64,000 nucleotides of DNA from Candidatus Acidiferrum sp. (lineage in GTDB: Bacteria; Acidobacteriota; Terriglobia; Acidiferrales; UBA7541): positions 1,591-65,590 of the forward strand of contig JBGPDI010000006.1 in the NCBI GenBank assembly GCA_041482215.1, written 5' to 3'. A program made the position numbers and the translations under genes. A model generated the notes under the pieces. It saw only the letters and a list, made by a program, of their open reading frames with translations, made no database searches and was not told the origin of the DNA. Positions within the stretch are counted from its first letter, which is position 1. Every line of letters begins with the position of its first letter. Shown one piece after another: positions 1 through 6,828 of the stretch.

Positions 1-1
1 T

Positions 2-346
2 TCCACGCATCGTAAGAAATCGTCTAGAAAGACTACGTCATCGAAGCGAGAGCGAGGGCAAAAAGCTCCCACTCCCGAGCGCATTTCTGAAATTCAGCAG
101 GCTCTTGCGAAAGACGGATCGTTCGGCGGGAAGCCAAATGGGAAATGGGACGAGTCCACGATTGAAGCGACGAGAAAATTCCAGGAAGCGCATGGGCTGA
201 ATCCCTCGGGGAAGCTCGATGCGAAAACGTTACAGAAATTGGGTCTTGGGTCGGAGACTGCAGGAGTCGCGGCGCCCACGCCACCCATGAGTTCTTCTTC
301 CCTGCGAAAAACGACAGCTGCAGAGACGGCACGCAGCCAACCGTAG
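2..346 (+). CDS. C-terminal fragment of a peptidoglycan-binding (PG_binding_1-like) domain protein; 5' end lies outside the window
   Basis: Frame is open from the window edge to TAG at 344-346. Translation ISEIQQALAKDGSFGGKPNGKWDESTIEATRKFQEAHGLNPSGKLDAKTLQKLGL fits the DG-x-(F/W)G...T...FQ...GL...G..D..T..L PG-binding pattern. Absent from the ORF track because it has no start codon in the window. Confidence 0.6.
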   Translation, partial: STHRKKSSRKTTSSKRERGQKAPTPERISEIQQALAKDGSFGGKPNGKWDESTIEATRKFQEAHGLNPSGKLDAKTLQKLGLGSETAGVAAPTPPMSSSSLRKTTAAETARSQP

Positions 347-437
347 TCCACAGCAGTTCTCGATTGCATTCTACTGACAACTGAAATAGAAGACAGACCC
401 TGGACCGTATACGTGCGTGCGGAGGAGTGGGTTTGCC

Positions 438-1748
438 ATGAAAACATTTAGAGTCCTGCTGGTGATGATTTTCATCTCGCTGTGTGCGAACGGGCTTTAC
501 GCACAGGAGAAGCCGAATGCCAAGACCGTCAAAGCCGTGCGCTTTGGAAAACTTTGGGATGCGAAAGGGAAGTTGTGGATGAACGCTATCGTGATCGTGG
601 AGGGCGACAGAATTCGTGCGGTGACGACGGATGCAGCTGCGATCCCTGCTGGCGCGGAGATTATTGACCTGTCGAAATACACGGGGCTGCCGGGGCTGAT
701 TGACGTGCACACGCACATGACGATGTACACGGATGAGACTCCGGGTGAGCCGATGTTGAAGCAACTGCCCAACAATCCGCCGGCGGTGGAGGTGTTCCTG
801 GCGCGAAAAGGCGCGATGCGAACGCTTGAGGCGGGTGTGACGACGGTGCGCGATCTCGGCGCGGACCAGTACATGGACATCGCCATGCGCGACTTAATCA
901 ACCGCGGGGAACTGATTGGGCCGCGCATGTTTGTTTGCGGGTACGGGCTGTACATCACGAATACACCTTATAAGCCGGGACTGAATCTTCCGGCGGGTGG
1001 GATCGCTGATGGCGTTCCAGAAGTTTTGAAGGTGGTGCGGCAGCAGATTGCGGCGGGCGCCGATGTAATCAAATTGTACGGATCGACGGGAACGGATGAC
1101 GATGTGACGGGATTTGAGACGTATACCTACGAGGAGATGAAAGCGGCGGTGGAGATGGCGCATCAGTTTGGGAAGAAGATTGCGATTCACTCGTATGGGC
1201 CGGACGGGGCGCGGGACGCGGTGCGCGCGGGAACGGATTCGCTGGAGCATGCGACAGATATGGATGACGCGACGATTCAGGAGATGGTGAAACGCGGGAC
1301 GTTCTATGTGCCCACCATTGATCACAACCGCTATTACCTGGACAACTGGCAAAAGATTGGCTATGCGAACGGTTTTCAGGAGAAGAGTAAGGCGTTCATT
1401 GAGCGCAATTTGGAGACGGCGCGGAAGGCGCACAAAGCGGGAGTGAAATTCGCCATGGGCTCGGATGCGATTTACACGATGTTCGGACAGAATACGCGCG
1501 AACTGGGCTGGTTTGTGAAAGCGGGAATGACGCCGGAGCAGGCGCTTCGAACGGCAACGACGAATGCAGCTGAGTTACTTGGAAAAGAAAAAGAACTCGG
1601 GGCGGTTGCGCCGGGTTATTTTGGCGACTTGGTGGCGGTAGAAGGCGATCCACTGGCCGACATTAATGTCGCGATTTATAACGTGAAGTGGGTCATGAAG
1701 GGCGGCGCGGTGGTGGCGGACAAGACCAAGGAACAAGTTCGCAAGTGA
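438..1748 (+). CDS. Secreted metal-dependent amidohydrolase family protein
   Basis: ORF 417..1748. ATG at 438 is preceded by GGAGGAG (421-427). Signal-like N-terminus MKTFRVLLVMIFISLCANGLYAQ. DVHTHM metal-binding motif, later HSYG and GSDA motifs, and length all fit the amidohydrolase superfamily. Confidence 0.85.
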   Translation: MKTFRVLLVMIFISLCANGLYAQEKPNAKTVKAVRFGKLWDAKGKLWMNAIVIVEGDRIRAVTTDAAAIPAGAEIIDLSKYTGLPGLIDVHTHMTMYTDETPGEPMLKQLPNNPPAVEVFLARKGAMRTLEAGVTTVRDLGADQYMDIAMRDLINRGELIGPRMFVCGYGLYITNTPYKPGLNLPAGGIADGVPEVLKVVRQQIAAGADVIKLYGSTGTDDDVTGFETYTYEEMKAAVEMAHQFGKKIAIHSYGPDGARDAVRAGTDSLEHATDMDDATIQEMVKRGTFYVPTIDHNRYYLDNWQKIGYANGFQEKSKAFIERNLETARKAHKAGVKFAMGSDAIYTMFGQNTRELGWFVKAGMTPEQALRTATTNAAELLGKEKELGAVAPGYFGDLVAVEGDPLADINVAIYNVKWVMKGGAVVADKTKEQVRK

Positions 1749-1814
1749 TAGACCGAAGCCGATTTCAGGCTTTGTCAATGCGGTGTATATGCCAAGCGCG
1801 TGCTAATTGGGCTT
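1683..1814 (+). repeat. Direct repeat copy A: last 21 codons plus stop of the amidohydrolase gene and 66 nt downstream
   Basis: Hand alignment with 3567-3698 gives equal length (132 nt) and 9 mismatches. Confidence 0.9.
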
Positions 1815-2708
1815 TAGCGGGCTGTAACCGTCGGGCAGACTGTAGGCGAAGCCACGCTCTCCGAAATTGACGTCGAGCAGGCGAGACTTGAGAAAGTTAT
1901 CGATCGGCACGCTCGAGTACAGGATGCCAACGGAGTCACGCCCCAGGGTGAGGTTGAAACCACCGGAGCTGCCGGGAAGTCCATTTTCCCATTCTCCATT
2001 TTTCCTGGTGTACAGCTTGGCGTTATCCAGGTCGATGCCATAGCCGAGCGTGTAGTGTGCGACGTTGTTATCCGTGCGGCGGATGGTGATGAGACTTCCG
2101 CTCATGGCGCCATGCTTATTCACCACGCCATTTTCGATGACCAGCTGGAGAACGCCGACGGAAAAGGTAGCGTCCGCTAGTTTTTGAATGCCAGGCTCGT
2201 CGACGGTGACCTCAAAATACCATTTGCCTTTGGTTTTGTGTTCGAGCGTGAAGAGATCGTAGACCGGTGCCGTGTCGGAACCAGCGGCGGGGGCAGACGC
2301 GGCCGGGGCGACGCTATTGGATTTTTGATAGCTATAAAGCGCCTGGACACGGTCATTGGTAAAGCGCACAACGCAGACAGTCTGCTGATAGTCACGCAGG
2401 AGATCGGCGAGCCAGGCTTCGCGCTCGCCCTTACTCCACGTGATGCCGCAGTCCTGGTCGCGCATCTTGATCCAGGAGCGCTGATCGTTGCGAAGGGTAA
2501 TGCGGTCATCCGGAGAGAGGGACTTCATGAGGTCGCCGTAAACTCGGTTGATGGTGCGGTCGGAGCCGCGCAGTTCGTCGCCGACGCATTGGGCGCGTTG
2601 CGTGCTGGTCTTGGGATTGTCGCACCGGGCATGGGCGCTGCTGGGCGTCAGCGCGAGAAGCAGAGGCACTGCTACCAGCGCAAAGACCATCGTGGACCGA
2701 TTTCGCAT
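1803..2708 (-). CDS. Secreted protein fusing an LprI/DUF1311-like domain to a SPRY-like domain
   Basis: ORF 1803..2867. Internal ATG at 2708 is preceded by AAGGAG and gives signal peptide MRNRSTMVFALVAVPLLLALTPSSAHA. The Cys-bracketed segment CDNPKTSTQRAQCVGDELRGSDRTINRVYGDLM...RNDQRSWIKMRDQDCG resembles DUF1311. The C-terminal part has SPRY hallmarks: KGKWYFEVTVD, GYGIDLDNAKLYTRKNGEW and VNFGERGFAYSLPDGYSPL. Confidence 0.7.
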   Translation of the reverse strand: MRNRSTMVFALVAVPLLLALTPSSAHARCDNPKTSTQRAQCVGDELRGSDRTINRVYGDLMKSLSPDDRITLRNDQRSWIKMRDQDCGITWSKGEREAWLADLLRDYQQTVCVVRFTNDRVQALYSYQKSNSVAPAASAPAAGSDTAPVYDLFTLEHKTKGKWYFEVTVDEPGIQKLADATFSVGVLQLVIENGVVNKHGAMSGSLITIRRTDNNVAHYTLGYGIDLDNAKLYTRKNGEWENGLPGSSGGFNLTLGRDSVGILYSSVPIDNFLKSRLLDVNFGERGFAYSLPDGYSPLKPN

Positions 2709-2922
2709 GGAAAGCTCCTTGAGCAGACTGGCGGTGATGAAAACCTGGATTTTCTCTCCAGCCAGAGTAACAAGGCGAAATCTTAGGCGTCTATCGGGGA
2801 AAGAGCGGCAGTTGACGGAAGCTGCAACAGCGGACACGGACTGAGCCGTCACAGATAAGCGCGACACGCAATTGGGCCGTGGTCACTGATAAGACTTAAA
2901 GATCGAAAGCACTAAGCATCCT

Positions 2923-3249
2923 TCACCGTTCCGGAATCTCAACCTCGCAGTAGGTGCCGGGCTTTGCAGCGTTTACTGCGGCCACGACGCGATCCACATG
3001 GTGACGCAGCACCGGCCACTGCGGATTTCCCAGGACGACGATCGCAATCTTGTATTTCATTAAATTCTGCTGGTTTCGGATGTTTTTGTCGGGAGTGACC
3101 AACACTTCGAACCCGGCTTCCTCAGCGGCTTTTAGCAAATCGCCGTTCTTGAGCTTGTCCCACCCTCGTTGCCAAGCAGTTTCAACTGTATGTCCCTTAA
3201 GGAAGGGACGGATAGGGATCGGAGTACTCTGGTCGAAAAGAACCAGCAT
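2923..3249 (-). CDS. DUF5615 / Mut7-C-like PIN-fold protein, putative toxin
   Basis: 108 aa. MLVLFDQSTPIPIRPFLKGHTVET...GDLLKAAEEAGFEVLVTPDKNIRNQQNL resembles DUF5615. Its start overlaps the stop of the upstream DUF433 gene at 3249. Confidence 0.65.
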   Translation of the reverse strand: MLVLFDQSTPIPIRPFLKGHTVETAWQRGWDKLKNGDLLKAAEEAGFEVLVTPDKNIRNQQNLMKYKIAIVVLGNPQWPVLRHHVDRVVAAVNAAKPGTYCEVEIPER

Positions 3250-3494
3250 CAGCGGGCAACAGACGATGAAGGAGTCACTTCAAGGCTGCGAGCGGCAAAT
3301 TCGATGACGGCTTCGACTTGTTGGCGGTCCAGACCTTCGAACCATTCCATAATCTCGTCAAGGTTGGCGCCGGCTTTCAGATTTTCAAAGATGATGGAGA
3401 CGGGCATACGCGTGCCCTTAAGCACCCAGGCGCCGCTTACCTTGCCCGGGATGCTTTCTACCGCAGGGCATTGTGACCAATCCAGCGCTGCCAC
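3249..3494 (-). CDS. DUF433 family protein, putative antitoxin
   Basis: 81 aa with a GTG start and AGGAG 9 nt upstream. SIPGKVSGAWVLKGTRMPVSIIFENLKAGANLDEIMEWFEGL is the typical DUF433 core. Paired with the DUF5615 gene. Confidence 0.7.
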   Translation of the reverse strand: MAALDWSQCPAVESIPGKVSGAWVLKGTRMPVSIIFENLKAGANLDEIMEWFEGLDRQQVEAVIEFAARSLEVTPSSSVAR

Positions 3495-3566
3495 GGAAGG
3501 ATTCTCCTTTCGATCATTCTATACCTTTTCGCGGGTCAGTGCAGATGCCAGTGTGCTCTGAACAAT

Positions 3567-3632
3567 GTGAAATGGGTGATGAAGGGCGGGGCGGTGGTGG
3601 CGGACAAGACCAACGAACAAGTTCGCAAGTGA
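3567..3632 (+). pseudogene. Orphan 3'-terminal fragment (21 codons plus stop) of an amidohydrolase allele or paralog
   Basis: Encodes VKWVMKGGAVVADKTNEQVRK*, versus VKWVMKGGAVVADKTKEQVRK* at 1683-1748. There are 4 nt differences, 3 of them synonymous third-position changes. No upstream coding continuation. Confidence 0.85.
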
Positions 3633-3698
3633 AAAAACGAAGCCGATTTCAGGCTTTGTCAGTGCAGTGTATATGCCAAGCGCGTGCTAATTGGGCTT
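3567..3698 (+). repeat. Direct repeat copy B
   Basis: Matches 1683-1814 with 123 of 132 identical by hand alignment. It ends 1 nt short of the far edge of the stop codon of the convergent AlbA_2 gene (3697-3699). Confidence 0.9.
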
Positions 3699-5010
3699 AC
3701 AATCTGCGATGGAGTAATTTCTGAATGTAGGCCCGAAGTTGTTCAACGTCGGGATTCTCTAGATGAAAGCCTTTGAGCATGGCTCGTGTCAAATTCTCCG
3801 CAATATCTTCCACACCGGCTCTCCAATCTGCGAGAGTATGAATGCTCTTAACGGAGATTTCTGGCCGATTTGCTTCATACTGTGACCTGGACCAGCGCAT
3901 CTGATTGTTCCAGACCAGCCCCCTCCCTCGTGTTCCAAAGAGTGTGACGTCAAGAGTGATGACGTCAGAGTCGGTGAGCAATGATTCATACAGTCTACCG
4001 ATACAATGAGTCACCTCTGCGAAATAATACGCAATTCCGGGAACTGAGACGATTTTAGGTTCGCTTGCTGCGTTGTACATCAACTGTTTCTTGTAAAACA
4101 ACCCAGACTCGTTTAGTCGCCAAAAATCCAACATGTCTTCGTTCGAAAAGTCCGCTCCCGGAATGAGGGACTCGAAACCGTCATCAGTTTTCGACAAGTA
4201 GTCTGGGCGGTTGTGATGAATGAACAGAAAGGGCCAACCCCTGAAATCGACGTGAGCATTGTGAGCCGCCCGTTCAAGCTTTTCAGGTGGAAATCGATAA
4301 CGGTCAAATTCTTCCAGTGAGAAGATGGCCTCTGCGAAAAATGTGTAGTTCTTTTCTTTCAGGGGATTGCGAGTCTCAAACTCTATTTGCGCGGCTTTGA
4401 CCTGCGCGGAGAACTGTTCTTCAACAGATGGCATTCTCTTTACAGTGTTAGTTTCAGCGCCTGTAAGGATGGCGCGAAATGATGCGAGCATAGAATCTTT
4501 CCGATTTCGAATTGCTGATTCAATGAGCAATCGGAAGTCTGCTGACGACTTGATTGGTGCGGTCTCATTGTTGTCGGTGCGCACGTACAGCTCACGGTCT
4601 CGAAGTACGTCAGGGTAATCCTTTTGGCAAATATGAGGAGTGTCGAGAAACCGGGGTATTTCCAGCACTACAAATATGCAGTCCCTATGAGAGACCTTTT
4701 GTACACGAACGTTTATGGGCGGGTCCACATAGTTCTGAACAAATTGGCAAATGGCGGAAGACTCGTAGGTTTTCGCCTGCTCAGCAGTTACTCCGACGAG
4801 GTTAAATCCATGGCTCAGTTCGGAAACTCCGATGACGATGTACCCGCCCTCTGTATTTGACATCCCGATGATGTCTTTGACCAGTTCGCAGCGCATCTTT
4901 TTGTCATGCGAATCCCACATCACGGGGCCTTTGTAGTCTAGGCTTTTTGACTCAAAATTCCTTTCGATGATTGAGATTAACTCGACGCTCGCTGGGATGA
5001 TGTTTTCCAT
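3697..5010 (-). CDS. AlbA_2 (Schlafen-like, putative DNA-binding) domain protein with an unassigned C-terminal region of about 300 aa
   Basis: 437 aa. The N-terminus FESKSLDYKG...VKDIIGMSNTEGGYIVIGVSE matches the AlbA_2 pattern (E..lEfK ... aNteGG.l.iGv). I recognise nothing in the rest. The gene is visibly AT-rich: 43 G+C in 4021-4120 versus 58 in 15001-15100 by hand count. Confidence 0.7.
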   Translation of the reverse strand: MENIIPASVELISIIERNFESKSLDYKGPVMWDSHDKKMRCELVKDIIGMSNTEGGYIVIGVSELSHGFNLVGVTAEQAKTYESSAICQFVQNYVDPPINVRVQKVSHRDCIFVVLEIPRFLDTPHICQKDYPDVLRDRELYVRTDNNETAPIKSSADFRLLIESAIRNRKDSMLASFRAILTGAETNTVKRMPSVEEQFSAQVKAAQIEFETRNPLKEKNYTFFAEAIFSLEEFDRYRFPPEKLERAAHNAHVDFRGWPFLFIHHNRPDYLSKTDDGFESLIPGADFSNEDMLDFWRLNESGLFYKKQLMYNAASEPKIVSVPGIAYYFAEVTHCIGRLYESLLTDSDVITLDVTLFGTRGRGLVWNNQMRWSRSQYEANRPEISVKSIHTLADWRAGVEDIAENLTRAMLKGFHLENPDVEQLRAYIQKLLHRRL

Positions 5011-5236
5011 ACCGTTTCTTGGTCACCGCCAGTACGAATATACGCTTCTAGGCTGCTTCCGCCCACAGCGCGCCGAGCGGCTGGACACACACCAACCGCT
5101 GCGGGGCCCCATATGCCGATCTTGCGTGTGGGGCTTTTGACTTTTCCTGTCGCCGTCTTTTCCTTACTTCTTACGTCCTTACCTCACTACCTCGTTTCCG
5201 CATTCCTCCGCGGGCAGCGCATAGCTGCCTGTGCCA

Positions 5237-5968
5237 CTAGGATCCCTCCTTACTTCCATTTCCGTTCTTTCTTTGGACGGGAGTGGGGGGAATGAGCTTG
5301 CCGGCGGCTAGGTCATCGAGGGCACGGAGGCGGCTGGTGAGTTCGTGGGCGCTCAAGCGGCGGTCGCGGTAGAGCGAGCGTACAAACTCGACGGCGTGGC
5401 GCTCGGCCTTCAGCGAATTGCAATCCAGACAGCAGGAGACGAGGTTGCGGTAGGAATTGCTGCCGAGGCTGGCCTGCGGAACGACGTGGTCGAGGCACCG
5501 CCTCTCGCGGATGAGGCGGCGCAGACAATAGAAGCAGCGGCCGCCCTCGCGGGCGTGGATGGCGTGTCGGCGCGGCTGAATTTGGAGGAAGTCGATCTCC
5601 CCGAAGCCGGTTGCGCCTGAAGGTTGGACAGAGCCCTGGGCTGCGGCCTGGGCAGCACGCACAGCCTGGACTTCGCACGGCAGCCGGACACAAACGACGT
5701 GATGGGCCTGGCAACTGCGTTCGACCAAGCGCAATACGCCCCAAGCAATCAGGCGACGAACGGACTCACGAGCGGTACTCGGGGAGAGTCGAATGCGGGG
5801 GCCGAGCCAGGACATCGAAAAACGGATGCGGAGCTTGCCTACGAGGCGGCTGTGCCGGAGAAGATGGGAGTAGACGGCGCGGTCGATCACGGAAAAGTTC
5901 AGCCGGGGCGCGAGGCGGTCTTCAAAATCTTTCCAGACCTGTGCGGCGTCGATGGTTTTAGTTTTCAT
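5237..5968 (-). CDS. Winged-helix plus HNH endonuclease domain protein
   Basis: 243 aa. The C-terminal half has CFYCLRRLIRERRCLDHVVPQASLGSNSYRNLVSCCLDCNSLK, which is CxxC...DH...N...CxxCN, a canonical HNH motif. The N-terminal STARESVRRLIAWGVLRLVER looks like a wHTH recognition helix plus wing. Confidence 0.75.
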   Translation of the reverse strand: MKTKTIDAAQVWKDFEDRLAPRLNFSVIDRAVYSHLLRHSRLVGKLRIRFSMSWLGPRIRLSPSTARESVRRLIAWGVLRLVERSCQAHHVVCVRLPCEVQAVRAAQAAAQGSVQPSGATGFGEIDFLQIQPRRHAIHAREGGRCFYCLRRLIRERRCLDHVVPQASLGSNSYRNLVSCCLDCNSLKAERHAVEFVRSLYRDRRLSAHELTSRLRALDDLAAGKLIPPTPVQRKNGNGSKEGS

Positions 5969-6038
5969 AATTTTGGTCCTGAGAGGGAGGTTGATAAGTC
6001 GAGAGCTGACAGCTGACAGCGGAAGAAAAGGCAGAGCC

Positions 6039-6079
6039 TTAACACAGAGATCACAGAGACAAGAGCACAGAGGTCACGG
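6039..6079 (+). repeat. TTAACACAGAG / CACAGAG-type intergenic repeat, copy 1
   Basis: ttaacacagagatcacagagacaagagcacagaggtcacgg. A related copy starts with the same 11-mer at 23756. Confidence 0.7.
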
Positions 6080-6091
6080 ACAAACAAAAAC

Positions 6092-6113
6092 GCCGGCAGG
6101 ATGCCGGCGCTAC
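6092..6113. repeat. GCCGGC-hairpin repeat GCCGGCARGATGCCGGCGCTAC, copy 1
   Basis: gccggcaggatgccggcgctac, compared with gccggcaagatgccggcgctac at 20706-20727 (1 mismatch). Confidence 0.8.
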
Positions 6114-6221
6114 GAAATGAGAAAAGCAGAGACGTCTGCAGGAAGCCGACGTAAGACACGGGGGGTAGCGTGGCAAGCCCCGCCACTACAAGGGAAAGCG
6201 GCAGCAAGGCTGCCGCACTCC

Positions 6222-6253
6222 AAAAAAGAAAAAGCCCCGACTGGCATCGGGGC
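6222..6253 (-). terminator. Rho-independent terminator-like hairpin on the minus strand
   Basis: Minus strand reads GCCCCGA-tgccag-TCGGGGC followed by ctttttctttttt. A second perfect hairpin (GCGGCAG-ccttg-CTGCCGC, 6198-6216) follows. Confidence 0.55.
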
Positions 6254-6484
6254 GCACTCTTCTACACTCACTAATCTACCAAACTAGTAATCTCCTTGTC
6301 AAGTAAAACTGTGGTACCTTTAAGCTATTGAAGAGAGGCGGTTTAGCCTAGGATGAAACGTGGCGTCGTTCGTGGTGGACAAGACGAAACCGGTGGTAAG
6401 TCATTAGATGCTGTCTCACGAATGGTTCTGAGGACGTAAAGACTTTCCTCGGGGGCTAAAGCCCAAGGAAAGTGCGCTCTCTAT

Positions 6485-6504
6485 GTCGGAGCTAAAGCTC
6501 CGAC
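6485..6504. repeat. REP-like perfect hairpin GTCGGAGC-TAAA-GCTCCGAC
   Basis: 8-bp stem with a 4-nt loop. A related GGGC-TAAA-GCCC hairpin lies at 6453-6464. Confidence 0.6.
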
Positions 6505-6709
6505 CCCCTAAACTGCTATTGAGAGGCAATTTCTAGCAAACGGAAATAGAAACGGGCTAGAAGGCAAATGCGCCCGCCCTCCAGCCCGAGTGCCCAAGGA
6601 GAATCTGACACTACCGCTATGACTGGCCGATGGGCAGATTTATGCCGGGGGATCTGGAAAATCTAGAGACCAATGCCCGCGCAACCTGAGTCGTAAGTAG
6701 TGGCCTTAT

Positions 6710-6738
6710 TTGACGATGGTGGGGCGCGACGGTAGAAT
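6710..6738 (+). promoter_or_regulatory. Sigma-70-like promoter for the aldehyde dehydrogenase gene
   Basis: TTGACG (6710-6715), 17-nt spacer, TAGAAT (6733-6738). Predicts a 5' UTR of about 85 nt before the ATG at 6829. Confidence 0.5.
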
Positions 6739-6828
6739 TTAGCTTCCACGACGTAGTGTCTCGCGTGCAGACCCGCAGTGGACCGGACGAAAAGCTAAGC
6801 GGCAGGCTTGAGGGATTGAGGAGGAAGT

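Noticed and set aside
33-764. 243-aa minus-strand ORF at the left edge
   Set aside because: The plus strand here encodes a PG-binding-domain C-terminus and the amidohydrolase N-terminus, both with recognisable motifs. The minus ORF has none.
6039-6079. CACAGAG-type reiterations considered as a CRISPR array
   Set aside because: The units are 7-11 nt, irregular and lack spacers of constant length. No cas genes are present.
5140-6080. Idea that the wHTH-HNH gene inserted into a composite repeat of the kind seen intact at 23650-23799
   Set aside because: The purine-rich half and the CACAGAG half have opposite relative orientations at the two loci, so a simple split-by-insertion model does not fit.
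5113-6287. Short plus- and minus-strand ORFs in the repeat region (5113-5295, 5952-6287, 5965-6207, and others overlapping the HNH gene)
   Set aside because: They are made of low-complexity repeat sequence or lie antisense to the HNH gene. None has an SD or a recognisable motif.
6430-6452. The minus strand reads GAGGAAAGTC, which resembles the RNase P RNA CR-I box
   Set aside because: The match stops after 10 nt. The expected continuation CGGGCTCCA and the rest of the RNase P architecture are absent. The segment instead forms a local GAGGA/TCCTC hairpin within the REP-like repeats.
6739-6798. Long-range helix TTAGCTT (6739-6745) / AAGCTAA (6792-6798) upstream of the aldehyde dehydrogenase gene, considered as a riboswitch closing stem
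   Set aside because: The 5' arm overlaps the predicted -10 box and transcription start, so it is probably not in the RNA. I recognise no known riboswitch core. An Rfam scan would settle this.
1683-6828. Search for a tRNA gene, integrase or transposase at the borders of the accessory islet
   Set aside because: I found no GGTTCGAATCC-type T-arm or cloverleaf candidate and no ORF with recombinase motifs. The only tyrosine recombinase in the window is the housekeeping xerD at 40679.
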